This document shows, in pieces, positions 18,558 to 27,175 of a stretch of 38,416 nucleotides of DNA. Origin of the DNA: a virus (lineage: Duplodnaviria > Heunggongvirae > Uroviricota > Caudoviricetes); IMG/VR virus record IMGVR_UViG_2609459840_000009. One strand, written 5' to 3'. The position numbers and the translations under genes are program-made. The notes under the pieces are model-generated. The model saw only the letters and a list, made by a program, of their open reading frames with translations, had not been told where the DNA came from and made no database searches. How positions within the stretch are numbered: position 1 is the stretch's first letter; every line of letters begins with the position of its first letter.

Positions 18558-19050
18558 ACGCTGTCTTGTCGGGACCGTGCTGGCTATTGCTGCCATGCTG
18601 CCGGGTTTTCAGCAGCTTCACACCTCCGTGGAGGGGCTGAAACTGATTGCCGATTACGAAGGCTGTCGTCTGCAGCCGTATCAGTGCAGCGCGGGTGTCT
18701 GGACAGACGGCATTGGTAATACATCTGGCGTCATTCCTGGCAAAACCATTACGGAACGGCAGGCAGCGGAAGGGCTGATCTCCAACGTGCTGCGTGTGGA
18801 GCGGGCACTGGAAAGGTGTGTGAAGCAACAGCCGCCGCAGAAGGTGTATGACGCGGCGGTGTCGTTTGCCTTCAACGTGGGAACGGGCAATGCCTGCAGT
18901 TCCACGCTGGTGAAATTGCTCAATCAGCGGCGCTGGGTGGATGCGTGCCGACAGTTGCCGCGCTGGGTGTATGTAAAAGGTGTGTTTAATCAGGGGCTGG
19001 ATAACCGCCGTGCGCGGGAGATGGCCTGGTGCTTACAGGGAGCAAACTGA
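18538..19050 (+). CDS. endolysin, lysozyme family, with N-terminal signal-anchor-release (SAR)-like segment
   Basis: 170 aa. Lysozyme-like motifs (EG..L.AY.......WT.G.G). Weakly hydrophobic, Gly/Ala-rich N-terminus (LVGTVLAIAAMLPG). Confidence 0.85.
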   Translation: MNPSIVKRCLVGTVLAIAAMLPGFQQLHTSVEGLKLIADYEGCRLQPYQCSAGVWTDGIGNTSGVIPGKTITERQAAEGLISNVLRVERALERCVKQQPPQKVYDAAVSFAFNVGTGNACSSTLVKLLNQRRWVDACRQLPRWVYVKGVFNQGLDNRRAREMAWCLQGAN

Positions 19051-19051
19051 A

Positions 19052-19429
19052 ATGAAAAAGAAATTAATCAGCGGACTGTTTCTGATGTTATGGATGGCGC
19101 TGTTAATCGCAGCAATGGTGTATCCGCAGGGGATTTTTCCGGTACTGGCAGCGTCCGGTGTCTGGGTAGCCTGTCTGCTGACATGGGTGGCAATTCCGGT
19201 AGCACTGGCTGCGTTAATTAAGAACGGCCCGCTCTGGCAGGAGTTGAGGGCATCTTTGCTGAAGACTATCACCCGAAAAGAAAACGTATTTATCACTTGG
19301 GTGATGCGATTGCTGATTGTCGTCAGTCTTGCCTGGACGGGGTGGGCCATTACTCTGGTCTTTTATCTGCTAACTGTTATTGCCTTCTGGATCACCCGTA
19401 AGCAGATGACGCAACAGGTAGCCGCATGA
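19052..19429 (+). CDS. LysA-like membrane protein (lysis-timing accessory)
   Basis: 125 aa from ATG 19052 with AGGGAG RBS; multiple predicted transmembrane helices; position matches P2 lysA. Confidence 0.6.
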   Translation: MKKKLISGLFLMLWMALLIAAMVYPQGIFPVLAASGVWVACLLTWVAIPVALAALIKNGPLWQELRASLLKTITRKENVFITWVMRLLIVVSLAWTGWAITLVFYLLTVIAFWITRKQMTQQVAA

Positions 19430-19854
19430 ACCGGTTGCTGCTGGTTGTGCTGGCGTTATTACTGGCGGCGCTGGGCTGGCAGTCGTGGAGGCTGGCTGAT
19501 GCCAGCCAGACCATCAGCACGCAGGCAGACGAACTGCAGAGCAAAAGCCAGGCGCTGGCAAAGAGCAACAGCCAGCTTATCAGCCTGTCCATTCTGACTG
19601 AAACCAACAACCGGGAGCAGGCGCGGCTCTATGCCGAAGCAGAACAGACCAGTGTACTGCTGAGACAACGACAACACTGGATTGAGGAACTGAAACGTGA
19701 GAACGAGGATTTACGCCGCTGGGCTGATACTCCTTTGCCTGCTGACATTATCCGGCTGCGGGAACGTCCGGCACTCACCGGAGGTGCAGCTTACCGTCAG
19801 TGGTTGTCCGCGAGTGACGCCGTGTCGGCTGGATCAGGCAGCGCCGCGCACTAA
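19426..19854 (+). CDS. LysB-like inner-membrane spanin (Rz-like)
   Basis: 142 aa with N-terminal transmembrane helix then coiled-coil; ATG overlaps the LysA stop. Confidence 0.7.
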   Translation: MNRLLLVVLALLLAALGWQSWRLADASQTISTQADELQSKSQALAKSNSQLISLSILTETNNREQARLYAEAEQTSVLLRQRQHWIEELKRENEDLRRWADTPLPADIIRLRERPALTGGAAYRQWLSASDAVSAGSGSAAH

Positions 19855-19987
19855 CGGTGATCTGAACGCATTGCTGGATGAAACGGAGGCCGCCTGGGCG
19901 GTCTGTGCAGACAAAGTGGACATGATTATTGCGTGTCAGGAGCGAAACAGTGAACAAACCACAATCCCTGCGCCACGCCCTCAATAA
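19697..19987 (+). CDS. LysC-like outer-membrane lipoprotein spanin (Rz1-like), embedded in a different frame of lysB
   Basis: GTG start at 19697; lipobox LTLSGC; Pro-rich C-terminus; begins inside lysB and extends past it. Confidence 0.65.
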   Translation: MRTRIYAAGLILLCLLTLSGCGNVRHSPEVQLTVSGCPRVTPCRLDQAAPRTNGDLNALLDETEAAWAVCADKVDMIIACQERNSEQTTIPAPRPQ

Positions 19988-20381
19988 AGCAGTGCCTTAT
20001 GTCCGAAATAACCCGGACAAACTGCATCTGTTTGTGGATAACGGTTCGCTGGTTGCCACGGGAGCCAGCTCCATGTCATGGGAGTATCGTTACACCCTGA
20101 ACGTAGTGATAGAGGATTTCAGCGGCGACCAGAATCTGTTGATGGCCCCGGTTTTGCTGTGGCTGCGGGATAACCAGTCCGATGCAATCAATAACCCGGT
20201 GTTACGGGAAAAGTTATTCACCTTTGAGGTGGATATTTTGCGCAACGATGTCTGTGATATCAGCCTTAACCTGCAACTGACGGAACGTGTGCTGGTCAGC
20301 ACTGACGGCACTGTGTCCAGCGTTGAAGCTGTAGCGGAACCCGATGAACCTGAAGAAATGTGGACGGTGAAACGTGGCTGA
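19950..20381 (+). CDS. R: tail completion protein (P2 gpR family)
   Basis: GTG 19950 with AGGAGCG RBS (the ORF track starts at an upstream TTG); resembles P2 gpR (NPD.L..FVDNGS...YRYTLNV...DF.GD...L..PVL.WLR.NQ). Confidence 0.85.
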   Translation: MNKPQSLRHALNKAVPYVRNNPDKLHLFVDNGSLVATGASSMSWEYRYTLNVVIEDFSGDQNLLMAPVLLWLRDNQSDAINNPVLREKLFTFEVDILRNDVCDISLNLQLTERVLVSTDGTVSSVEAVAEPDEPEEMWTVKRG

Positions 20382-20826
20382 ACTGCAGAAGGTGGACGAC
20401 TGGCTGAGTGCTTTGCTGGCGAATCTGGAACCAGCCGCAAGAAGCCGCATGATGCGCCAGCTGGCGCAGGAACTGCGCCGGACACAACAGCAGAATATCA
20501 GGATGCAGCGCAACCCTGACGGCAGCAACTATGAACCTCGACGGGTAACAGCACGCAGTAAAAAGGGGCGCATCAAACGTCAGATGTTTGCAAAGCTGCG
20601 CACCACAAAATACCTGAAAACTGCCGCCAGCGCCGATTCTGCCAGCGTACAGTTTGAAGGTAAGGTACAGCGCATTGCCCGCGTTCACCATTACGGCCTG
20701 CGTGATCGCGTCAGCCGCAAAGGACCGGAGGTCCGTTACGCAGAGCGTCGCCTCCTAGGCGTAAATGATGATGTTGAGGCAATGACCCGCGACATGATTC
20801 TGCAATGGCTGGCGGGGGGACTTTGA
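20374..20826 (+). CDS. S: tail completion / virion morphogenesis protein (P2 gpS family)
   Basis: 150 aa, GTG start overlapping the R stop; size and position match P2 gpS. Confidence 0.85.
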   Translation: MAELQKVDDWLSALLANLEPAARSRMMRQLAQELRRTQQQNIRMQRNPDGSNYEPRRVTARSKKGRIKRQMFAKLRTTKYLKTAASADSASVQFEGKVQRIARVHHYGLRDRVSRKGPEVRYAERRLLGVNDDVEAMTRDMILQWLAGGL

Positions 20827-20866
20827 TAACCGTAATCAGAATTTTGTCAGTTCGGTTTAATGTGAG

Positions 20867-22156
20867 TCAATTGGTAAAAATTCTACTCTGCTCACCATAG
20901 CTGTCCTTTGCTTCGTTAATCAGATCCTCCCATGGCCATTTTATGGTTACATATTTTCGATAAATTAAAATGGTTCTGTCGATAGCAGTGACCTCATCAG
21001 TTGCATCATTGTAGGAAAGAACTAACCCTCTATCGTCACTATCAACCTGTAACTCTTCAATTTTTTGAAGTACAGTTCGCAGATTCCCTTTTAATATTCG
21101 ACTTTGTCTTCTTGACGCAATTTTAAAAATGGTATCTAACTCTAATCCTTGAATGAGTTCTTTATCGGATGAGTCCATTATTACAGCCATGGCATGAGCA
21201 TAAATGCCAGTGGTTTCTGTTCTTTTACGTATTCCTGATGATATATCTTTAGCAAATTTTTGATATCGAGAATTTAATTGTTCAGCATATTTCATGGCTG
21301 CATCAACGAATTTTTCTTGATCATCTAACATCGTTAATGTTGTACATTCCTCATCAATTCCTGTCTCGTCAAGAATGTTTAAGGCTAGTTGTTGTAAAAT
21401 CCCAACATTACCATAGCAATCATCAAGGATGCATCTCTTTATATGATCTGAGAACTTAACTTTTAAAGTTTCTGATCCACTTATTATTACTTGTTCAAGA
21501 TCGGCTCTAGACCATGATATGGGAATTTCTTCTATGCGAGAACCAAGGTCAGAATTTAAATAAATTAGTAGGTTTGTTTTTGTCCAAACACCAATGATTA
21601 CGAAAAAACAACCATAATCCCAAAGCGCCTTTAAGTCATAAGCAAATATTTGTCGTTCACGAGTGTTTAAGTAGTGAAAATCTTCAATAACTACTTTTCT
21701 TCCTGCTTCGTTAATTATTTCTGCAATAAATCTCAAATCATTAATATCTTGACCAACATTTCCTTTTTTTATTACCTCCTCTTCAGAAGTCTCAAGTCCA
21801 AATTTAACCTTTAGTTTTGCTATAAGACCAATGCCTCCTGCAGCAGAGCCCTCCATTACGCCTTTAATTGTATCTTTTTCGGTTCTCTCTAGCACAAGGC
21901 TTATACCTAATTGAGATAGAATATCTATATATATATCTAAAACGGTTGTCTTTAATCTGCATTGTACAACAATAGCATTAGGTATGTTCTTTTGTCTTAA
22001 CCATGACTTACCACATTTGGATTCCCCTCTTAAGGCGAGATGTATTGGTCGGCGTAATTTTCTACTGATTTCCTTATCAAGATTTCCTCTGTCTACATAT
22101 GAATCAGCAAGAATCGTTGGTGAAATACCAAAAACTTCGTGTGTTTGTTTCTTCAT
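20867..22156 (-). CDS. cargo protein: orphan P-loop NTPase (AAA+/ORC-like ATPase candidate), antisense to the late operon
   Basis: 429 aa from ATG 22154-22156 with GAGG RBS (the ORF track starts at an upstream TTG). Walker A GESKCGKS and Walker B-like VVIEDF. Visibly AT-rich; inserted between S and V where P2 has only an intergenic promoter. Confidence 0.7.
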   Translation of the reverse strand: MKKQTHEVFGISPTILADSYVDRGNLDKEISRKLRRPIHLALRGESKCGKSWLRQKNIPNAIVVQCRLKTTVLDIYIDILSQLGISLVLERTEKDTIKGVMEGSAAGGIGLIAKLKVKFGLETSEEEVIKKGNVGQDINDLRFIAEIINEAGRKVVIEDFHYLNTRERQIFAYDLKALWDYGCFFVIIGVWTKTNLLIYLNSDLGSRIEEIPISWSRADLEQVIISGSETLKVKFSDHIKRCILDDCYGNVGILQQLALNILDETGIDEECTTLTMLDDQEKFVDAAMKYAEQLNSRYQKFAKDISSGIRKRTETTGIYAHAMAVIMDSSDKELIQGLELDTIFKIASRRQSRILKGNLRTVLQKIEELQVDSDDRGLVLSYNDATDEVTAIDRTILIYRKYVTIKWPWEDLINEAKDSYGEQSRIFTN

Positions 22157-22176
22157 GATGGCCTCACTATCCGTTT

Positions 22177-22194
22177 TGTACTGTTTATCACACA
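22177..22194. promoter_or_regulatory. Ogr-type late-promoter activator site (TGT-N12-ACA dyad) upstream of V
   Basis: TGTACTGTTTATCACACA has TGT-N12-ACA, about 55 bp upstream of the V start codon and just upstream of the divergent cargo ATPase start. Confidence 0.4.
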
Positions 22195-22240
22195 AACAAT
22201 ACTAAAGGAAAGCCGCTTTCTTTTAATTAACTATATCCAT

Positions 22241-22819
22241 ATGAACGCACAATTAACCGAAATCATGCGCCTTATCACCAACCTGATCCGCACAGGGCTA
22301 GTCACCGAAGTGGACAGGGAAAACTGGCTTTGCCGGGTGAAAACGGGCGAGCTTGAAACCAACTGGATCAGCTGGCTGACGCTGCGTGCCGGGAATGCCC
22401 GCACATGGTGGCGACCATCGGAAGGTGAGCAGGTGGTGCTGCTGAGTCTGGGAGGCAATCTGGAAACCGCCTTTGCGTTGCCCGCTGTCTATTCGAATCA
22501 GTTCGCTCCACCGTCGACGTCGGCGGACGCTTGCGTGACAGAGCATCCTGACGGCGGCTGGTTTGAATATGAACCCGCCACCGGGCGCTGGTATGTCAGG
22601 GGCATCAAATCAATGGTCATTGAGGCTGCTGACAACATCACCATGAAAACCAGTGAGTTTGTACTGGAGGCTGACCGCACGAGCATTAACAGCGAAGTGG
22701 TGATCAATGGTGGCGTTACCCAGGGCGGCGGAGCGATGAGTTCTAACGGGATCGTGGTTGATGCGCATCAGCATACTGGCGTCCTGAAAGGCGGCGATAC
22801 AACCGGAGGCCCGGTATGA
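22241..22819 (+). CDS. V: baseplate spike/assembly protein (P2 gpV family)
   Basis: 192 aa from ATG 22241; first gene of the baseplate cluster V-W-J-I. Confidence 0.88.
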   Translation: MNAQLTEIMRLITNLIRTGLVTEVDRENWLCRVKTGELETNWISWLTLRAGNARTWWRPSEGEQVVLLSLGGNLETAFALPAVYSNQFAPPSTSADACVTEHPDGGWFEYEPATGRWYVRGIKSMVIEAADNITMKTSEFVLEADRTSINSEVVINGGVTQGGGAMSSNGIVVDAHQHTGVLKGGDTTGGPV

Positions 22820-23175
22820 CGCTTTATAGCGGGATGAACAATACCAGCGGCAAAGTCATTACTGATATTGACCATCTGCGCCAGTCGGTGCGGGACATTC
22901 TGCTGACACCGCAGGGTAGCCGTATTGCCCGTCGTGAATATGGTTCCCTGCTGTCGGCACTGATAGCCCAGCCACAAAATCCAGCATTACGCCTGCAGGT
23001 CATGTCGGCAGTGTATGTGGCGCTGAGTCGCTGGGAGCCACGGCTGACGCTGGATTCTATCACCATCAACAGCAACTTTGACGGTTCAATGGTGGTGGCG
23101 CTGAGCGGGCAGCGTAATAACGGTGTGCCTGTTTCCCTTTCCGTATCAACAGGAGCAGAGAATGGCAGTGATTGA
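22816..23175 (+). CDS. W: baseplate wedge protein (P2 gpW / gp25-like)
   Basis: 119 aa; ATG overlaps the V stop. Confidence 0.9.
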   Translation: MTLYSGMNNTSGKVITDIDHLRQSVRDILLTPQGSRIARREYGSLLSALIAQPQNPALRLQVMSAVYVALSRWEPRLTLDSITINSNFDGSMVVALSGQRNNGVPVSLSVSTGAENGSD

Positions 23176-24070
23176 CCTTTCGCAGTTGCCTGCGCCGCAG
23201 ATTGTGGATGTGCCGGACTTTGAGACGCTGCTTGCCGAACGCAAGGCCGAATTTGTTGCGCTTCATCCGAAAGATGAGCAGGAAGCAGTGATCCGCACGC
23301 TGGAGCTGGAATCTGAACCCGTCACTAAATTGTTGCAGGAGAACGCTTACCGTGAGTTGCTTCTGCGCCAGCGCATTAACGAAGCCGCGCAGGCGGTGAT
23401 GGTGGCTTACGCGATGGGCGGCGATCTTGACCAGCTCGCTGCCAACTACAACGTGAAACGCCTGACGGTGACGCCTGCTGATAATGATGCTGTGCCGCCC
23501 GTTGCAGCTGTGATGGAAAGCGATGAAGCGTTACGCCTGCGTGTGCCTGCAGCCTTTGAAGGGCTTTCTGTTGCGGGGCCAACTGCAGCTTATGAATTTC
23601 ATGCCCGAAGCGCCGACGGCCGGGTGGCGGATGCCAGTGCAACCAGCCCGGCACCTGCAGAGGTGGTGCTGACTGTCCTTAGCCGCGAAGGCGATGGAAC
23701 TGCAGAAAAAGACCTGCTGGACGTGGTGGAAAAAGCTCTGAACAGTGAGAACGTCCGCCCGGTGGCTGACCGTCTTACGGTTCGCAGCGCAGAAATCATC
23801 CCGTATCGCGTGGAAGCCACCATTTTTCTCTATCCGGGACCGGAAGCAGAGCCGGTAATGGCAGCGGCAAAAGCCAGCCTGCAGAAGTACATTGCCAGCC
23901 AGACGAGGCTTGGTCGGGATATTCGCCGTAGCGCCATCTTTGCTGCTCTGCATGTTGAGGGTGTTCAACGTGTGGAACTGGCTTCTCCGCTGGCGGATGT
24001 GGTCCTGAACAAAACACAGGCGGCATCATGTACGCAGTGGAGCGTAACCAACGGAGGAACGGATGAATAG
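23162..24070 (+). CDS. J: baseplate assembly protein (P2 gpJ family)
   Basis: 302 aa from ATG 23162; size matches P2 gpJ. Confidence 0.9.
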   Translation: MAVIDLSQLPAPQIVDVPDFETLLAERKAEFVALHPKDEQEAVIRTLELESEPVTKLLQENAYRELLLRQRINEAAQAVMVAYAMGGDLDQLAANYNVKRLTVTPADNDAVPPVAAVMESDEALRLRVPAAFEGLSVAGPTAAYEFHARSADGRVADASATSPAPAEVVLTVLSREGDGTAEKDLLDVVEKALNSENVRPVADRLTVRSAEIIPYRVEATIFLYPGPEAEPVMAAAKASLQKYIASQTRLGRDIRRSAIFAALHVEGVQRVELASPLADVVLNKTQAASCTQWSVTNGGTDE

Positions 24071-24668
24071 TCTGCTGCCACCGGGTTCAACTTCACTGGA
24101 GCGCCGACTGGCGCAAACCTGTAGCGGGATTTCTGATTTGCAGGTGCCGCTGCGTGACTTGTGGAATCCGGCTACCTGTCCGGTCAGCTTCCTGCCTTAT
24201 CTCGCCTGGGCGTTCTCTGTGGATCGCTGGGACGAGGGCTGGACAGAAAGCGTCAAACGCCAGGTAGTGAAGGATGCTTTTTATATTCATCAGCATAAAG
24301 GAACCACCAGTGCCGTGCGGCGGGTGGTGGAACCGTTCGGATTCCTGATCCGCATTATTGAGTGGTGGCAGACCGGAGAAACACCGGGCACGTTTCGCCT
24401 GGATATCGGCGTGCAGGACCAGGGCATCACTGAAGATACCTATCTGGAACTTGAGCGACTGATAAGCGATGCCAAACCATGTAGCCGCCACATGATCGGC
24501 ATGTCCATCAATCTGCAGACCAGCGGCCCGCATTGGGTGGGAGCCGCCAGCTATCTTGGCGAAGAAATCACGATCTATCCGTATATCAACGAAACGATTA
24601 TTTCCGGTGGCACCGCGCATGAAGGCGGGGCGGTCCATGTTATTGACACAATGAGAGTGAATCCATGA
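24063..24668 (+). CDS. I: baseplate/tail protein (P2 gpI family)
   Basis: 201 aa, overlapping starts and stops with J and H. Confidence 0.88.
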   Translation: MNSLLPPGSTSLERRLAQTCSGISDLQVPLRDLWNPATCPVSFLPYLAWAFSVDRWDEGWTESVKRQVVKDAFYIHQHKGTTSAVRRVVEPFGFLIRIIEWWQTGETPGTFRLDIGVQDQGITEDTYLELERLISDAKPCSRHMIGMSINLQTSGPHWVGAASYLGEEITIYPYINETIISGGTAHEGGAVHVIDTMRVNP

Positions 24669-26182
24669 GCACAAAATTTTATACCCTGCTGACGGATATT
24701 GGCGCGGCGAAACTTGCCAGCGCCGCCGCGCTCGGTGTGCCGCTAAAAATTACCCATATGGCGGTGGGCGATGGCGGCGGAGTATTGCCAACGCCGGACG
24801 CAAAGCAGACGGCACTGGTAAATGAGAAACGCCGGGCTGCGCTGAATATGCTTTATATCGACCTGCAGAACAGCAGCCAGATTATTGCTGAACAGGTGAT
24901 CCCTGAAAACGAGGGCGGTTGGTGGATACGTGAAGTGGGCCTGTTTGATGAGTCAGGGGCATTGATTGCCGTGGGCAACTGCCCGGAAAGCTATAAGCCG
25001 CAACTGGCTGAAGGCAGCGGGCGCACCCAGACCGTGCGTATGGTGTTGATTACCAGCAGCACGGACAATATCACCCTGAAAATCGACCCTGCCGTAGTGC
25101 TGGCAACCCGCAAGTATGTGGATGACAAGGCACTGGAGCTGAAGGTGTACGTGGATGACCAGCTGGCAAAACACCTTGCCGCACCGGACCCGCATTCACA
25201 ATATGCACAGAAAGAAAGTCCGACGTTTACCGGGACACCAAAAGCGCCAACACCTGCGGCAGGCAATAACACCACGCAGGTTGCGACCACTGCGTTTGTT
25301 CAGGCGGCACTGACGGCTCTTATTAATGGTGCGCCAGCCACGCTGGACACACTGAAAGAAATAGCCGCAGCCATTAACAATGACCCGAAATTCAGTACCA
25401 CCATTAATGATGCGCTGGCACTCAAAGCGCCGCTGTCGAGTCCTGCACTTACCGGGACGCCGACAGCCCCCACGGCGGCACAGTCGGTCAACAATACACA
25501 GATTGCCACCACGGCTTTTGTGAAATCGGCGATTGCGGCAATGGTGGGTTCTGCACCTGCTGCACTGGATACACTGAACGAACTGGCGGCGGCGCTGGGA
25601 AATGACCCGAACTTTGCCACGACAATGTTGAATGCTCTGTCAGGTAAACAACCGCTGGACAATACGCTGACTAATTTGAGTGGAAAGGATGTAGCTGGTC
25701 TTCTCGCATACCTTGGTTTGGGAGAAACGATAAATAAAGCCTCCGGAGCTATGCAGAAATCGGCTAATGGATCTGATATTTCTGATGTATCAGCCTTCCG
25801 AAATGCGCTCCAGTTAGGGACCGCTGCAACACGAGATGTTGGAGCAGATAATCCCTCGAAGTTACTGGATTTAGACAGCTTCAGGTCAATGATGTCAGGT
25901 AATGGCTACATCTACATTCCATGCATTGCGACGACAGGAAACCCGGTGAAACTTATGTTGCAGTGGGGAACGGTGGCAACACAAAAGGGAGCTGATGTTG
26001 GATATGCCTTACCATTTGCTTTTCCCTATGCAGGCTTGTTTGCGACCGGAAACCGTGGAACATCTGGCTACAATGCCGCGATGAATGTGCGTATTGCCAG
26101 CAGAACGCATATCAGTATTCAGAACTGGTCGCCATCCGGAGAGGGCACCGAAGATTGTTGTTTTATCGCGCTGGGGTATTAA
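24665..26182 (+). CDS. H: tail fibre protein (P2 gpH family); C-terminal part lies inside an invertible segment
   Basis: 505 aa with conserved N-terminus (MSTKFYTLLTDIGAAKLA...), internal tandem repeats and a recombination crossover site at 25701-25726. Confidence 0.9.
   Translation: MSTKFYTLLTDIGAAKLASAAALGVPLKITHMAVGDGGGVLPTPDAKQTALVNEKRRAALNMLYIDLQNSSQIIAEQVIPENEGGWWIREVGLFDESGALIAVGNCPESYKPQLAEGSGRTQTVRMVLITSSTDNITLKIDPAVVLATRKYVDDKALELKVYVDDQLAKHLAAPDPHSQYAQKESPTFTGTPKAPTPAAGNNTTQVATTAFVQAALTALINGAPATLDTLKEIAAAINNDPKFSTTINDALALKAPLSSPALTGTPTAPTAAQSVNNTQIATTAFVKSAIAAMVGSAPAALDTLNELAAALGNDPNFATTMLNALSGKQPLDNTLTNLSGKDVAGLLAYLGLGETINKASGAMQKSANGSDISDVSAFRNALQLGTAATRDVGADNPSKLLDLDSFRSMMSGNGYIYIPCIATTGNPVKLMLQWGTVATQKGADVGYALPFAFPYAGLFATGNRGTSGYNAAMNVRIASRTHISIQNWSPSGEGTEDCCFIALGY
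25214..25657 (+). repeat. in-frame tandem duplication (about 2 x 74 codons) inside the tail fibre gene
   Basis: Two consecutive protein units: SPTFTGTPKAPTPAAGNNTTQVATTAFVQAALTALINGAPATLDTLKEIAAAINNDPKFSTTINDALALKAPL and SPALTGTPTAPTAAQSVNNTQIATTAFVKSAIAAMVGSAPAALDTLNELAAALGNDPNFATTMLNALSGKQPL. Boundaries approximate. Confidence 0.5.
25701..25726. other. 26-bp serine-invertase crossover site (gix/hix/cix-like), left site inside gene H
   Basis: TTCTCGCATACC-TT-GGTTTGGGAGAA is an imperfect palindrome around a central dinucleotide and shares the 14-mer TTGGTTTGGGAGAA with the inverted partner at 27625-27650. Confidence 0.7.
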
Positions 26183-26184
26183 GA

Positions 26185-26601
26185 ATGAATAAATTTTATA
26201 AAGGCTCTTTCTATCCGGAAGCACTAAAAGATGTATATATCAGCGCCGGTTCATGGCCTGAAAATGGCGCTGATGTTGATGATGAAACAATGGCAATTTA
26301 CACAGGCGTAGCGCCAGAAGGCAAAACGCTGGGGGCTGATAAAAATGGTAATCCTGCGTGGATTGATATCCCGCCACTCTCCGCTGAACAACAGATTATT
26401 CTGGCTGAACAGAAAAGAACGGTATTGCGTTCTATGGCTGATAAGGAAATAGTCTGGAGACAGGATGCTTTTGATGCGGAAATCGCGACGGCAGAAGAAA
26501 CCGCCGCGTTATCTGAATGGAAAAAATACCGGGTCTTGCTGATGCGCGTTGATACATCAAATCCCGTCTGGCCTACGCCTCCGGGGGAGCAGGCCAATTG
26601 A
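26185..26601 (+). CDS. G: tail fibre assembly protein (P2 gpG family), current orientation
   Basis: 138 aa from ATG 26185, just after the H stop. Confidence 0.8.
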   Translation: MNKFYKGSFYPEALKDVYISAGSWPENGADVDDETMAIYTGVAPEGKTLGADKNGNPAWIDIPPLSAEQQIILAEQKRTVLRSMADKEIVWRQDAFDAEIATAEETAALSEWKKYRVLLMRVDTSNPVWPTPPGEQAN

Positions 26602-27175
26602 TATCCGGCGCGGTGCTGGTATCAGTTGCCGTCACCGCGTCAATGTAATCCAGCACAGCGTTAAGTCGGGTGTTTTCTGTCTGCGTCAGCTTCCGCCCGG
26701 TCTGCAATTTCAGTTGAATCAGACTAATGGAAGCCATTGCAGTATCAATCAGTGACTGACGCTGTGCTTCTGCCGCGCCTACTGCGGCACTATGCTGTGC
26801 CTCAGTATCTGTCACCCATTTCTCACCATCCCATTTATCGTATGGCGTTAACGGTGCGAGAGTGGTTGTATTATCAGGGTAATCACCCGGTGCTGTGATT
26901 TCTTTTGATTCTCCTGTTTCGGTGCTAAAGACAATTTCACCGCGATGGTCCGGCACATATTCCCATGAATTTAAATCCACAGAGCGGCAAATTGAATAAC
27001 CATCCTTATGTGTACCAGGAGCCTCTAAACAGGAACATGCCGGAATACCAACACCCACAGCAAGATATTCAGATGATTCGGAAATATATTCCCGCGTATC
27101 ACCATCATAGTTATAAACGATGACGTTTCCCGCCTGTACGGCAATAAGGTCATTATTTAATATCGCGTTATTCAT
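26573..27175 (-). CDS. alternative tail fibre assembly protein (G'), inverted orientation
   Basis: 200 aa with ATG 27173-27175; convergent with G and overlapping its 3' end; downstream of the alternative fibre C-terminal segment on the minus strand. Confidence 0.75.
   Translation of the reverse strand: MNNAILNNDLIAVQAGNVIVYNYDGDTREYISESSEYLAVGVGIPACSCLEAPGTHKDGYSICRSVDLNSWEYVPDHRGEIVFSTETGESKEITAPGDYPDNTTTLAPLTPYDKWDGEKWVTDTEAQHSAAVGAAEAQRQSLIDTAMASISLIQLKLQTGRKLTQTENTRLNAVLDYIDAVTATDTSTAPDINWPAPPEA

Noticed and set aside
24093-24674. 193 aa minus-strand ORF overlapping tail gene I
   Set aside because: Antisense to a well-supported baseplate gene with overlapping start/stop coupling to its neighbours; no independent signal.
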